DNA of 64,000 nt from Candidatus Zixiibacteriota bacterium (GTDB taxonomy: Bacteria; Zixibacteria; MSB-5A5; GN15; FEB-12). Location: NCBI GenBank assembly GCA_024276275.1, contig JAJRXM010000020.1, forward strand, positions 3,231 to 67,230, in the 5' to 3' direction. Positions 18,708 to 28,713 of this stretch are shown piece after piece. The notes under the pieces are model-generated. The model did not search any database. It had not been told where the DNA came from and saw only the letters and a program-made list of their open reading frames with translations. A program made the translations under genes and the position numbers. Every line of letters starts with the position of its first letter. Position 1 is the first letter of the stretch.

Positions 18708-20215
18708 TCAGTCTCCTTCTTATTTAGTGACATAATATAATCAATTAAAGCTTTCCGTTCTTGAGCATCTCCTGTAAATTCTGGCATTTCTTCGGCAAAT
18801 TCTCCCGCCATATCCAAAATATCCCCGATATCTTCTTCGGTTATTTCCAGCAGAGATTCTGATTTGTCATTGAACCCGTTAAAAACATGGCATTTCCCAC
18901 ATCGAACATCGTATACCTTTTTCCCCAATGCGGTACCTTCAAGATTATATATTTCAGAAAGATGTCGTTTATCTATTTGCGTATAAATATGCGAGGCAAT
19001 CATCTGAGCTTCATCTTCAGCACCGACAAACGGAGGCATATTTCCTCTGATAGCTTGAGTTCCCATAATTATTCCTGCAATAAAAGCTTCATCAGTACCG
19101 TCAAAGGCTTGTTTTAACGGTTTGTACCCATCCATAGTATGACAAGAACGACAGGCACGCCTGAACAAATCAGCAGGCTTGTCGGACGTTTTAAACTGTA
19201 TATACTCATGTAATCCTTCTTCCTGATATGTTTCAGCTTTGGCAACATCAATACCGTTGGCATACATATAATTAGTAATTACATACGGTTTCCGTACAGA
19301 CTCCCGCATCCACTCATATTCTCCAAACCAGGAAAGAGCAAATATCATAGCTAAAGTTCCAACAACGATATTGTATCTTTTCGGAATCAAAAATCCAAAA
19401 ACTATTATGACAACCCCAAGCAGCATAGCATTGATATATGATGCGTTCATAGCAACAACAGGTGTCAGTTTGGATTCTAAGGCAGCATCGTAAATCTCTT
19501 TAGGTATAGTCGAAATATACCAGACAAGAGTCGGCATCATAATTGCCAATCCAACAATTGCCCAGAGCGAATTAAAACGAATAAGTCTTTTTTTGAATTC
19601 ATCAGCCTTTAACCGCGATGCCACAAACAGTGCATAAACCCCCGCAAGCATTATACAGATACCGGTGCGAAGCCAAAGTGATGACCAAAATGTCGGGTTA
19701 AAGAATCCGTCCCAAAAGTTACCGGTAGTAATCCAATCACCGGGGGAGAGCATGAAAGTAATAATACCATTAATAATAAAGAGTGACATCCATGCCGAGA
19801 TAAAATAAATCCATCCTATAATAAGATGATTTTTCGGTGAGAGTTTTTTCCATCCGTAGAAATAGAGCAAAGCGGCACAAATTTCGATAGTGAAAAATGC
19901 CCATTCAGCAGCCCACGCCCAAACAAAGTTATGTATCAGAATTTCAGTCGCAGCCGGGTTTAGCAGTCCGATAATAAACCAAATACCAACACCTGTTAAT
20001 GCTCCAAAAACAACCGAGACTAGTACAAAAAACTTACTTAGTTTTTCTAAAAACTGTAGTTTCAGTAAGTAATTTTTTTTACGGGCGATAGTTTCGGCAA
20101 CGACCAAATACAACCCGCCGCCGATTGCAAAATGTGCTATAAAAACATGGATTACAGCAATAAATGCCATGATAATGCCGTATCCGATTTCAATATCCCA
20201 AAAAGGGTAACTCAT
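18704..20215 (-). CDS. Cytochrome-bd (CydA)-like membrane domain fused to a dihaem cytochrome c domain
   Basis: 503 aa. The N-terminal ~330 aa has ~8 TM helices, with helix 1 IAVIHVFIAHFAIGGGLY resembling the CydA helix-1 His region. The C-terminal soluble part carries CRSCH and CGKCH plus GNMPPF. Confidence 0.55.
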   Translation of the reverse strand: MSYPFWDIEIGYGIIMAFIAVIHVFIAHFAIGGGLYLVVAETIARKKNYLLKLQFLEKLSKFFVLVSVVFGALTGVGIWFIIGLLNPAATEILIHNFVWAWAAEWAFFTIEICAALLYFYGWKKLSPKNHLIIGWIYFISAWMSLFIINGIITFMLSPGDWITTGNFWDGFFNPTFWSSLWLRTGICIMLAGVYALFVASRLKADEFKKRLIRFNSLWAIVGLAIMMPTLVWYISTIPKEIYDAALESKLTPVVAMNASYINAMLLGVVIIVFGFLIPKRYNIVVGTLAMIFALSWFGEYEWMRESVRKPYVITNYMYANGIDVAKAETYQEEGLHEYIQFKTSDKPADLFRRACRSCHTMDGYKPLKQAFDGTDEAFIAGIIMGTQAIRGNMPPFVGAEDEAQMIASHIYTQIDKRHLSEIYNLEGTALGKKVYDVRCGKCHVFNGFNDKSESLLEITEEDIGDILDMAGEFAEEMPEFTGDAQERKALIDYIMSLNKKETE

Positions 20216-20322
20216 ATAAATACTCCGAGTCTATGGTTACTATCACTAGATATTAATAACTATTACGAAGTAAAACACAAGTTTAATTGTGAAATAATTA
20301 ACAAAAATTGTATCCATAAAAA

Positions 20323-20349
20323 GTAGGTCGAAACCCCTGCGGTTTCGAC
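20323..20349 (+). repeat. REP-like element (GTAGG + hairpin)
   Basis: GTAGG, then the 9-bp stem gtcgaaacc/ggtttcgac. On the minus strand it is followed by a T-run, so it may also terminate the 169-aa gene. Confidence 0.45.
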
Positions 20350-20404
20350 AATAAACTGTACCGATAGAGCATTGTCCTGTCTAAGGGTAAGTTTAGAACA
20401 TCAA

Positions 20405-20914
20405 TTAAAACGACCAATTCACAATAGGAAAGACAGGAAACTGACCGTTCTGCTTAATGACATTTACAAGCCCGATTTGTAATCCCTTCATTGTTCCGGC
20501 ATAATTGACAAGCCCTAATTGAAAACCGTTCATGTTATGTGCATGATTTACCAGTCCCCATTGGAATCCTTCAAAATTTCCTTTTGTGGAGTTTATGAAA
20601 TTATTCTGAAACCCGACAAAATCTTCTTCAACTATTCCCACAAAACCGTGCTGAAAACCTTTTGATAATCCTGATGTGTTATGGTTTACAAAACCTAAAT
20701 CAAGACCTGTTACTGATTTGTTTTTCCCGTATAGCAAACTAAGTCGTACACCTTTTATATCAGTATCTTCAGAATAAAGCTGAATAGGATTAAAAATTGA
20801 TAATTGAATCGGCTTAGGTTCTTCTGCTGGAGCCGATATAGAAAAAATACTGATAAAAAACAGGGTAATTGCGGTACGAGTGATAGATTTTTTTGACATA
20901 ATGATTCCTTTCAA
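20405..20914 (-). CDS. Secreted repeat protein (six G-[FL]-Q-x-G-[LF]-V-N units)
   Basis: Signal peptide, then GLDLGFVN, GFQHGFVG, GFQNNFIN, GFQWGLVN, GFQLGLVN, GLQIGLVN at 14-16-aa spacing. Ends ...VNWSF. Confidence 0.5.
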   Translation of the reverse strand: MKGIIMSKKSITRTAITLFFISIFSISAPAEEPKPIQLSIFNPIQLYSEDTDIKGVRLSLLYGKNKSVTGLDLGFVNHNTSGLSKGFQHGFVGIVEEDFVGFQNNFINSTKGNFEGFQWGLVNHAHNMNGFQLGLVNYAGTMKGLQIGLVNVIKQNGQFPVFPIVNWSF

Positions 20915-20935
20915 GTTGTATCCATATTATTATAT

Positions 20936-21687
20936 TTATTTCATCTGATGATTCTGGGTAAAAAACTGGCGAATAGTCAGATCGACAATAACTACCGATG
21001 TTACCGCTACCGCCATTAAAATCATATACATGACAATAATCTGCAGAAGAACCGCATCAAGAGGGTCAGCCCCCGCTAAAATCATTCCGGTCATCGCACC
21101 CGGCAAGGCAACCAGTCCGACAGTTTTCATACTGTTTAAAATCGCTATCATACCGGTTACGACAGCCTCACGAAAATATTTCGATGATGCCGATCTCCAG
21201 CTTTTGCCCAAAGCAAGAGCAGTTTCGACAGCATGACGGTTAGAGCGGATATCCGATGAAATTCTGTTAATCGCAAGTGCCGACGCATTCATAGAGTTGC
21301 CGATTATCATCCCCCCAAGCGGTATGATATAACGGGCTTCAAAAGATATAATTTGTAAAACAGCCATCAATCCAATAGTTACAAATGAACCGAACAGCAT
21401 TGATAGTATTATAAGCAGAAACGGTGATTTAATATTTACTACTTTGCTCGATGCTGCCTGAGCTCCTACAAGAATCATAATTAAAAGCGTTCCAAGAATC
21501 ATCCAGGTTGACTGCAAATCAAAATATAATTTAAGGCATAGCCGACTGCCACAAGCTGTATAAATGAACGGACAGAGCCGATAGCAATATCTTTTTCAAC
21601 ATTGATTTTCCAAAACCTGCTTATAGCGATGGAGACAAGAACTAAAATAAGCGAGAACAGTACTTCTGTTATACCGGGATTGTTCAT
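20936..21687 (-). pseudogene. FetB/YbbM-like ABC-transporter permease (UPF0014), split by a 1-nt frame break
   Basis: ORFs 21499-21687 and 20936-21517 are consecutive parts of one permease. Adding one base to the A4 run at 21521-21524 gives ...VAVGYALNYIFDLQSTWMILGT.... Confidence 0.75.
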
Positions 21688-22397
21688 GACAACTCTCTTG
21701 CCTTGTATCTTTTGCCCGCATCCGATTGCGGGTTTTCAAGAAGAGACTTTATATCACTCGATTCAGCAATCTTTCCATCAGCCAATAATATACCTGTCTG
21801 GTTAAACCGCATCGCCTGTTCAGGAGAATGAGTTACAATAATGGTTGTCAGTTTTTCTTCGATTGTGATTTCTTGTATTAATCTTTCAAGAGATTCGGTT
21901 ATTGAAGGGTCAAGTGCCGAAGTCGGCTCATCAAGAAGAAGCACCTCTGGTTTGGTCAAAAGCATTCTGGCAAATGCAACCCTCTGTTTTTCTCCGACTG
22001 AAAGTTTTTCAACTGAGCTGAAAATCATTTTTTTTGGAAGCTCTGCTTTTGCCAGTAAATCGGCAACCTGACTTTCAGAAGTTTCCGTATCGACAAACAA
22101 AAAATTATCTAAAACAGTTTTTTCAAATAGATACGGCAATTGAAAGAGATACCCGACTTTTTTTCTTAGTTCGCATACCGGATATGACTTAATATCTTCT
22201 CCGTCAAAAATAATCTTTCCCGTACTCGGTTCATCAAGTCGGTTGAACAGTCTCAACAGCGAAGATTTCCCCGAACCTGAGGGACCTAAAATTGTGTAAA
22301 TCTTATTTTGTTCAAAAGAGAAAGAAATATCTTGTAGAATAACTTTATCACCGACTTGCCTGCCGACATGAGAAACTTCAAGAATTGACCTATTCAT
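21684..22397 (-). CDS. ABC-transporter ATP-binding protein (FetA/YbbL-like)
   Basis: Walker A GPSGSGKSS, signature LSVGEKQR, Walker B LLLDEPTSALD. Its stop overlaps the permease start. Confidence 0.85.
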   Translation of the reverse strand: MNRSILEVSHVGRQVGDKVILQDISFSFEQNKIYTILGPSGSGKSSLLRLFNRLDEPSTGKIIFDGEDIKSYPVCELRKKVGYLFQLPYLFEKTVLDNFLFVDTETSESQVADLLAKAELPKKMIFSSVEKLSVGEKQRVAFARMLLTKPEVLLLDEPTSALDPSITESLERLIQEITIEEKLTTIIVTHSPEQAMRFNQTGILLADGKIAESSDIKSLLENPQSDAGKRYKARELS

Positions 22398-23381
22398 TTA
22401 ACCGTCATCTTTTTTTGTCGGGTCAGCCTCGCCAAAATATAGGAACCGTCCAAGCAGATTAACATACTCAGACCACCCGACACCATTGTTTCTCTCTCGG
22501 ATACGTTCAATAGCACCCATTTTAGAATCAATTTCATCACAGTAGTACAAAACAAACGCCTCTGTCATTTGCGGTACAACCGGAGTAGCAAAAGCAAGCT
22601 CACCCTGATGCGATAGCACCATGTGCCGAAGTTTCATCAATAATTTTTCGGGGAAATTTTCTATCTGTTTTGCCCGTTCGCTAATCCAGACATCAGCAAG
22701 ACAAATATGCCCTACCAACCGTCCTTCATCAGTGTAGTCAATGGTCGTTGTTGTTATGTAGGTATCAATTTTACCGACATCATGAAACAGCCCGCCAAAA
22801 ATAAGATAATCTCTTTCTAAAAAATCATATCCATGCGAGACCCGCAATGCCAATTCGGCTACATTGGCAGAATGTTCCGCTAATCCTCCGATAAAAGAAT
22901 GGTGCCATAATTTTCCTGCAGGAGCCTGCAAAAATTTATGTAGAAATTCTTCATCATCCCAAAACAGTTCGACAAGTTTTTTTATATAACTGTTTTCAAT
23001 TTTATCGGTCAATGCCAAAATACGGGCTTTCCGTTCTTCATAAGTTTGTGTCGAAAACGGCAGAATATCTTCAATTGTATATTCATCATCTTCGGCAAGA
23101 CGTATCTGCCCGACTGTCATCTGCATTTTATTATTATATTCACTAATCTGACCGCGTATTTTGACAACAGTTCCTTCTTCAAGTTCGGTCAGCACAAAAT
23201 GATCCGGCTCCCAGACAACAGCATTTATACGGCCGGAATAATCACCGATTTCAAGCGATACAAACTGCCCTTTTGCATATTCTCGTATTGTTTTCTTCCG
23301 AATCGAGAAAAATGATGTAATCGTATCACCGACGGTATAATCGGCGATTTTTTTATCAGCTATGTTTTTTTGATCTGCCAT
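22398..23381 (-). CDS. OB-fold + HD-domain phosphohydrolase (YhaM-like 3'-5' exoribonuclease family)
   Basis: N-terminal OB fold (FVSLEIGDYSGRINAVVWE) and an HD domain (GGLAEHS ... GGLFHDVGK). Confidence 0.75.
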   Translation of the reverse strand: MADQKNIADKKIADYTVGDTITSFFSIRKKTIREYAKGQFVSLEIGDYSGRINAVVWEPDHFVLTELEEGTVVKIRGQISEYNNKMQMTVGQIRLAEDDEYTIEDILPFSTQTYEERKARILALTDKIENSYIKKLVELFWDDEEFLHKFLQAPAGKLWHHSFIGGLAEHSANVAELALRVSHGYDFLERDYLIFGGLFHDVGKIDTYITTTTIDYTDEGRLVGHICLADVWISERAKQIENFPEKLLMKLRHMVLSHQGELAFATPVVPQMTEAFVLYYCDEIDSKMGAIERIRERNNGVGWSEYVNLLGRFLYFGEADPTKKDDG

Positions 23382-23501
23382 ATTTAAAATATATATATTC
23401 TACCTTCAGAATGCCAATAGAATATTTTTACAAAATTTTGCAATAAAAAAAATTGTTATCTTGAATATGATTGTATAACATGTATCTTGTAAAGACATGT
23501 T

Positions 23502-24830
23502 ATGAAAATACTAAGCCGTTACATACTCAAAGAACATATTGCACCGTTTTTCTTTGCATTTTTTACAATTACATTTCTGCTCGTAATCGACTATGTACCA
23601 AAAATTACCGATTCGGTGATGGACAAAGATATTTCGGTTTGGATTGCTTTGGAACTGTTGGCGTTGAACCTTGCCTGGATGCTGGCTTTATCGGTTCCGA
23701 TGTCGGCACTGGTTGCCACTCTTATGGCGTTCGGGCGGTTAACTTCCGATTTTGAAATCACTGCAATCAAGGCATCCGGTATCAATATGCTCAGAATACT
23801 TATCCCGGTTCTTATGGCGGGTGGTGTGCTGACCTACGGAATGGGGCAATTTAACGATAAGATACTTCCCGACTTAAATAAAAAAGCACGTGAATTACGC
23901 GGAGATATTAAAGCTATGCGTCCGACTCTGATTTTTCGTTCAGGTGTTTTTATCTCAGATATTCCGGGTTACCTGGTTATGATTGACAAAATAGATCATA
24001 CGACCTCTCGAGTTGAAAATATCCGAATTACCGATACAAAAAATCCAAGCAAGCCAAAAATTATTATTGCTGAATACGGCTACTTAAAAATGACTGACGG
24101 AAACAAAAATATGCAGTTTGATTTATTTAATGGCGAGATTCATTCGTTGGATATCAATGAATCAGAAAATTCTCGAAAGGTTAATTTTAAAAACCAAATT
24201 ATCAATGTCTCGGGTACCGGTTCAGAACTAAAACGAAACGAATCATCAAGCCGCTCAGACAGAGAAAAATCTATTTCAGCAATGCAAAAAATAGTTGATA
24301 GATCAGCAGAACAACTTGCTCCAAACCGTGAAAAAATTATGAACAAACTTTCAAAGCATATAGAATATCTTTTCTCTGATACATTTGCAAGTATTGACAC
24401 TATTTCTGTTAATGATTCCACCGCTCAGCAGTTTGTTAAAAACTCAATGGTAAATCTCATGAGATCTATAGAAAACAACCGAAAAAATATAAACCATGCC
24501 AAAGCAAGAATAGCAAAATTTAAAGTAGAGATATATAAAAAATATTCTATCCCCGGAGCAATTATCGCATTTATATTAATAGGAGCTCCATTGGGCATAA
24601 TGTCAAAGAAAAAGGGGATGGGTATTGCTATCACAATCTCTATTACTCTTTTTATCTTTTATTGGGCATCATTGATAGCCGGTGAGGATATTGCCGACCG
24701 TGGTCTGTTGTCACCTTTTTGGTCGATGTGGGGAGCAAACTTTTTACTGGGAACGATAGGAGTTTATCTGCTTTATCTAGTTGTAACAGAAAAACCTATA
24801 TTCTCTTACTTTCGGAAAAAGAGAAAATGA
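23502..24830 (+). CDS. LptF/LptG-family LPS export permease
   Basis: MKILSRYILKEHIAPFFFAFFTITFLL is a YjgP/YjgQ N-terminus, with 6 TM helices around a large periplasmic insert. Confidence 0.8.
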   Translation: MKILSRYILKEHIAPFFFAFFTITFLLVIDYVPKITDSVMDKDISVWIALELLALNLAWMLALSVPMSALVATLMAFGRLTSDFEITAIKASGINMLRILIPVLMAGGVLTYGMGQFNDKILPDLNKKARELRGDIKAMRPTLIFRSGVFISDIPGYLVMIDKIDHTTSRVENIRITDTKNPSKPKIIIAEYGYLKMTDGNKNMQFDLFNGEIHSLDINESENSRKVNFKNQIINVSGTGSELKRNESSSRSDREKSISAMQKIVDRSAEQLAPNREKIMNKLSKHIEYLFSDTFASIDTISVNDSTAQQFVKNSMVNLMRSIENNRKNINHAKARIAKFKVEIYKKYSIPGAIIAFILIGAPLGIMSKKKGMGIAITISITLFIFYWASLIAGEDIADRGLLSPFWSMWGANFLLGTIGVYLLYLVVTEKPIFSYFRKKRK

Positions 24831-25915
24831 TACTATTTACAAAATTAGATAGATATATTCTCAAACTCTTTTTTGTAACTTTGGCCGTTGTTATGGTTTC
24901 TATCGGTGTTATGATAATTGTTATCAACCTTGTAGAACTGCTGAGACATTTCATTGATAACAATGTACCGGTTGAACAAATAGTTGAATACTATTTATAC
25001 TTTGGCGGATGGGTCCTAAAACTATTTTTCCCTGTATTTATTCTGTTGGCTACTCTATTCTCTCTTTCGTACTTAGCAAAAAATAATGAGATTTTGGCTA
25101 TGAAAGCATCAGGCTTATCACTCTACCGGATTACCGCACCGATTTTAATTGTAGTTCTTTTATTATCAGCCTGTCATTTTTATTATAATGAATATATTTT
25201 CCCACCGGCTAATAAACGGCTGATTGAAATAAAAGAATTTAATATCAAAAAACGTTCAAAACGAAGGTATGACCAAGTAACAAATCTTTATCGACAAATC
25301 TCTCCCGGAAATTTTTATACTATCTCTGTCTTTTATGTATCAAAAGGCGAAGGTAAAGATTTTAAACTATATCGTACCGAAGGAAGTTCACTAAAAGAAC
25401 TTATAATCGCATCGACAATTACATATACCGATTACCGATGGATTGCCCGTAACGGAGTTGTCCGAACATTTGGAGACTCTATTAACCAGACTTTCACCGA
25501 GTTTGATTCTCTCTATTTAGATTATATCAAAGACAAACCTTCCGACTTATCCCGCAGAGTTGGTAAACCGGAAGATATGGGACTTGATGAGCTGCATGAA
25601 TACATTGCACTTATGAAACGGACAGGCGGACCCCATATCAGAGCTTCAGTTGATGAGCAGATAAAGTTTGCCTATCCATTAGCATCATTTATTGTAGTTC
25701 TGCTTTCTATACCTTTTGCTGCTAACCCCCGTAAGGGAGGTATTGCGGTTTCATTTTCAATCGGTGCTTTAATTGCACTAGTCTATTTTGTTCTTTTTAA
25801 AGTATTGCAGTCCGCAGGCTACAATGAAAAAGTTCCGGATTATGTTGCGGTCTGGGGTGTAAATACTCTTTTCTTTTTAATCGGTCTTATAGGACTTATA
25901 AAAGCGAGGAAATAA
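24827..25915 (+). CDS. LptF/LptG-family LPS export permease (second subunit)
   Basis: ATG 24827 overlaps the upstream TGA (ATGA). MILFTKLDRYILKLFFVTLAV shows the same family topology. The longer ORF-track start at 24719 lies inside the upstream gene. Confidence 0.8.
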   Translation: MILFTKLDRYILKLFFVTLAVVMVSIGVMIIVINLVELLRHFIDNNVPVEQIVEYYLYFGGWVLKLFFPVFILLATLFSLSYLAKNNEILAMKASGLSLYRITAPILIVVLLLSACHFYYNEYIFPPANKRLIEIKEFNIKKRSKRRYDQVTNLYRQISPGNFYTISVFYVSKGEGKDFKLYRTEGSSLKELIIASTITYTDYRWIARNGVVRTFGDSINQTFTEFDSLYLDYIKDKPSDLSRRVGKPEDMGLDELHEYIALMKRTGGPHIRASVDEQIKFAYPLASFIVVLLSIPFAANPRKGGIAVSFSIGALIALVYFVLFKVLQSAGYNEKVPDYVAVWGVNTLFFLIGLIGLIKARK

Positions 25916-26697
25916 TGGCAAACCTAGATCATGAAAAAAACAGAGCTGCCTGGAACGACATGGTTGAAATTCATTATGATCATCCCGACTATAAACTCAA
26001 AGAATTTCTAAACGGATGGAACTCTCTGAAAGAAATCGAACGCACTGCTCTTGGTGATGTAAACGGTAAGTCATTACTGCATCTGATGTGTCAATTCGGG
26101 ATGGACACACTTTCGTGGGGTCGTCTCGGTGCCGATGTTACCGGAGTTGATATCTCCGATAAATCTATTGAGTATGCTCACAAACTTAAACAGGCTGCCG
26201 ACATGCCCGATGCCGACTTTATTCGTTCTGACTTGTTAGAATTAAACGGTAAGATAGATACAAAATTTGATATTGTTTTTCAGTCGCACGGTACTCTCTG
26301 CTGGCTTGCCGATTTGAATAAATGGGCAGAGGTTATCGCTTATCACTTAAAACCCGACGGGACATTTTTAGTCGTCGATGGTCACCCGTATAACGTTCTT
26401 TGGGAAACAGAAACAATGACCTATCTTGATAAAAAACCGGAACGGTACAAAAACGAACGGGACTATTGCGACCGTGATTTTATAATTGAAAAAGAATTAG
26501 TAGAATGGCAGCATCCTCTTTCTGAAATCATTAACTCACTTATATCAGTCGGATTAACAATTGAATTTCTGCATGAATATGATAAAGGATTTTATGCTGT
26601 TGAAGAGGATTGGTATCAAGTCGGTGACTACTGGTATCCACCGAACGGAGCCCCTCGCTACCCACTAATGTTCGCACTAAAAGCTGTAAAAAAATAA
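25915..26697 (+). CDS. Class I SAM-dependent methyltransferase
   Basis: SLLHLMCQFGMDTLSWGRLGADVTGVDIS is motif I. 260 aa. Confidence 0.75.
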   Translation: MANLDHEKNRAAWNDMVEIHYDHPDYKLKEFLNGWNSLKEIERTALGDVNGKSLLHLMCQFGMDTLSWGRLGADVTGVDISDKSIEYAHKLKQAADMPDADFIRSDLLELNGKIDTKFDIVFQSHGTLCWLADLNKWAEVIAYHLKPDGTFLVVDGHPYNVLWETETMTYLDKKPERYKNERDYCDRDFIIEKELVEWQHPLSEIINSLISVGLTIEFLHEYDKGFYAVEEDWYQVGDYWYPPNGAPRYPLMFALKAVKK

Positions 26698-26703
26698 TTG
26701 TAT

Positions 26704-26735
26704 GTCAGAACCCTTTAGTGGTTCTGACATCTTTC
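26704..26735 (+). terminator. Hairpin after the methyltransferase gene
   Basis: gtcagaacc/ggttctgac is a 9-bp stem, followed by a weak T tract (atctttc). Confidence 0.4.
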
Positions 26736-27080
26736 AAAGTTACCCACAATTTTCAAAACAATATATTCTTTGTAATTCTTTTATACTTATAGCGTTATAA
26801 CAAATTGGCTTTGGGATGTGGTATTGCATTATTTTTGGTGCAAATGTTTTTCTCCAAAATTTGAGGTATAAGTATAGTTATATTGTAATGTGTGTTATAA
26901 TTGTTGTAGATTTTTTGTACTGTCATAGTTTCTCTAAATGGATGTGTCATACATAAGAGGGTTGAATATTCTTTTGTGTTGAATTCGTATAAAAAGCGAT
27001 TGGCTATTAATCAATTTCAATTTATAATACACTATGAAAAGTTCTCATAAAATAATTTTAGTTTTAGAAAATTAATTCAG

Positions 27081-28400
27081 ATGAAATTTGAAAAAAATTA
27101 TTTCCAACTAAAGGGAAAAAATGCTGAAGACGCAATTAATCAGCTTGCTTACAAGTCATTTCTAAAAGAATGGTGTTATCCAAATCCTAAAGATAAGACT
27201 GGAAAAGAAATTTGTGATTTATTGGTTGTTTTTGATGACATTGTTATAATTATTCAAATTAAAGATATTAAATTTAATGGAAATGATGAAAGATATATTA
27301 AAAAAGCATTTGAACATCCTATGAAACAAATTTTTGGAGCGGAACGTAATTTATTTTCTTTATCAGAGAATCTTGAACTTGAAAATCCAAATGGCGATAT
27401 AATAACTTTTAATAAATCAGAGATAACAAATATATATCGACTAGTATTTAGTATCGGGAGTGGTGATGTTCCTTATAATATTATACAGGAACAAAAAGGA
27501 AAATTAATTCATACTTTTGATTCTACTATCGAAAGTATTTTAAATGAACTAGATACTATTTCTGATTTCTGTAAATATTTGAAAGATAAAGAAGATTTAA
27601 TAATTTCAAATCCTAAATTACAAATCATAGCTTCACGTGAACTTGATATCTTATGTGAATATATCAAAGATAAAAAAACATTTGACCATTTAGAAAATGT
27701 GAATTTAAAAAATTATGATGATGGCATCTGGGAAAAATTTATATATAGTAATGTATATAAGGCAAAAAAAGAAGCAGATAAAATTAGTTATTTTTGCGAT
27801 GATTTAATTGAATTAACTAGTACATGCCCAGAAAAAGAAGATAGGGAAATTGCTAGAGAATTATCCAAATTAGATCGTTTTTCAAGAAGAATATTTTCCG
27901 ATTTTTTTATATCTGCACATGAACAAGCAGAAAAAAGAAATGTAACATATAGAAGATATTTTGAGAATGAAGGTACTACATATTGTTTCTTATTTACACC
28001 AAAGGATTTTGAAAGAATAAATCGAAAAGATCTATTACATGGCTCTTGTTATGTAACAAGAAATGAATATAGAAACAACTTTTTGGTAATTGGAATTGCT
28101 ACAGAAATAGGAAGTTTAATCCCTCATTCATATGATTTCCTCTATTTGTACTTTGAAGAATGGGAAGAAGAAAATATCCAAGAGGCGAAAAGAATTCAAG
28201 ATAAATTTAATATTCATGAATCACCTAAAGAAACTTTAAGTACAATTGATGAATATCCTATAAGTGATGAAACGATTCAAGTTAAGCGTGAAGTGTCGGG
28301 AGTAAAAACATTTAAAAGGAAGTATAAAAAAATAGGTCGTAATGAGAAATGTCCCTGTGGTAGTAACTTGAAATATAAAAATTGTTGTATTATTGACTAG
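27081..28400 (+). CDS. NERD-like (PD-(D/E)xK-type) N-terminal domain protein with C-terminal SEC-C zinc motif
   Basis: GKNAEDAINQL...GKEICDLLVVFDDIVIIIQIKDIKFNG follows the NERD pattern (E-x-D-hhhh...h-x-h-[EQ]-x-K). The extreme C-terminus CPCGSNLKYKNCC is a SEC-C motif. The gene is markedly AT-richer than its neighbours. Confidence 0.55.
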   Translation: MKFEKNYFQLKGKNAEDAINQLAYKSFLKEWCYPNPKDKTGKEICDLLVVFDDIVIIIQIKDIKFNGNDERYIKKAFEHPMKQIFGAERNLFSLSENLELENPNGDIITFNKSEITNIYRLVFSIGSGDVPYNIIQEQKGKLIHTFDSTIESILNELDTISDFCKYLKDKEDLIISNPKLQIIASRELDILCEYIKDKKTFDHLENVNLKNYDDGIWEKFIYSNVYKAKKEADKISYFCDDLIELTSTCPEKEDREIARELSKLDRFSRRIFSDFFISAHEQAEKRNVTYRRYFENEGTTYCFLFTPKDFERINRKDLLHGSCYVTRNEYRNNFLVIGIATEIGSLIPHSYDFLYLYFEEWEEENIQEAKRIQDKFNIHESPKETLSTIDEYPISDETIQVKREVSGVKTFKRKYKKIGRNEKCPCGSNLKYKNCCIID

Positions 28401-28713
28401 TTCTTCATTTTTACGTACTACAAAAACCTTACAAACTCCCAGTATATTTACATCACATCCTCTTCTATGAACAACTTAATTTGATGTGAGAAAAAACAAT
28501 GAACAAAATCACTACAATAAATATGACCGAAAATGGCTTTAAGCCATTTTATATGGCAAAGCCATTTCGCCGTAAAAGGCTATGCCTGATTTGTTTATCA
28601 GAAAAAATAGCTGTAAAAATGGAAGTTTTAGTGTCCCTTTATATGCGAAACGAACCCATTTCTAAATTAATTTAGTTATTGAGTTCTTAATAATTTGAGA
28701 ATATATTTTATCT

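Noticed and set aside
24719-24826. Long N-terminal extensions suggested by the ORF track (also 55505-55600, 48063-48158, 2789-2830, 49010-49030)
   Set aside because: The extensions overlap the preceding gene or lack signal-peptide logic. Internal ATG codons give canonical N-termini (a signal peptide or lipobox, or ATGA coupling), in two cases preceded by a Shine-Dalgarno sequence.
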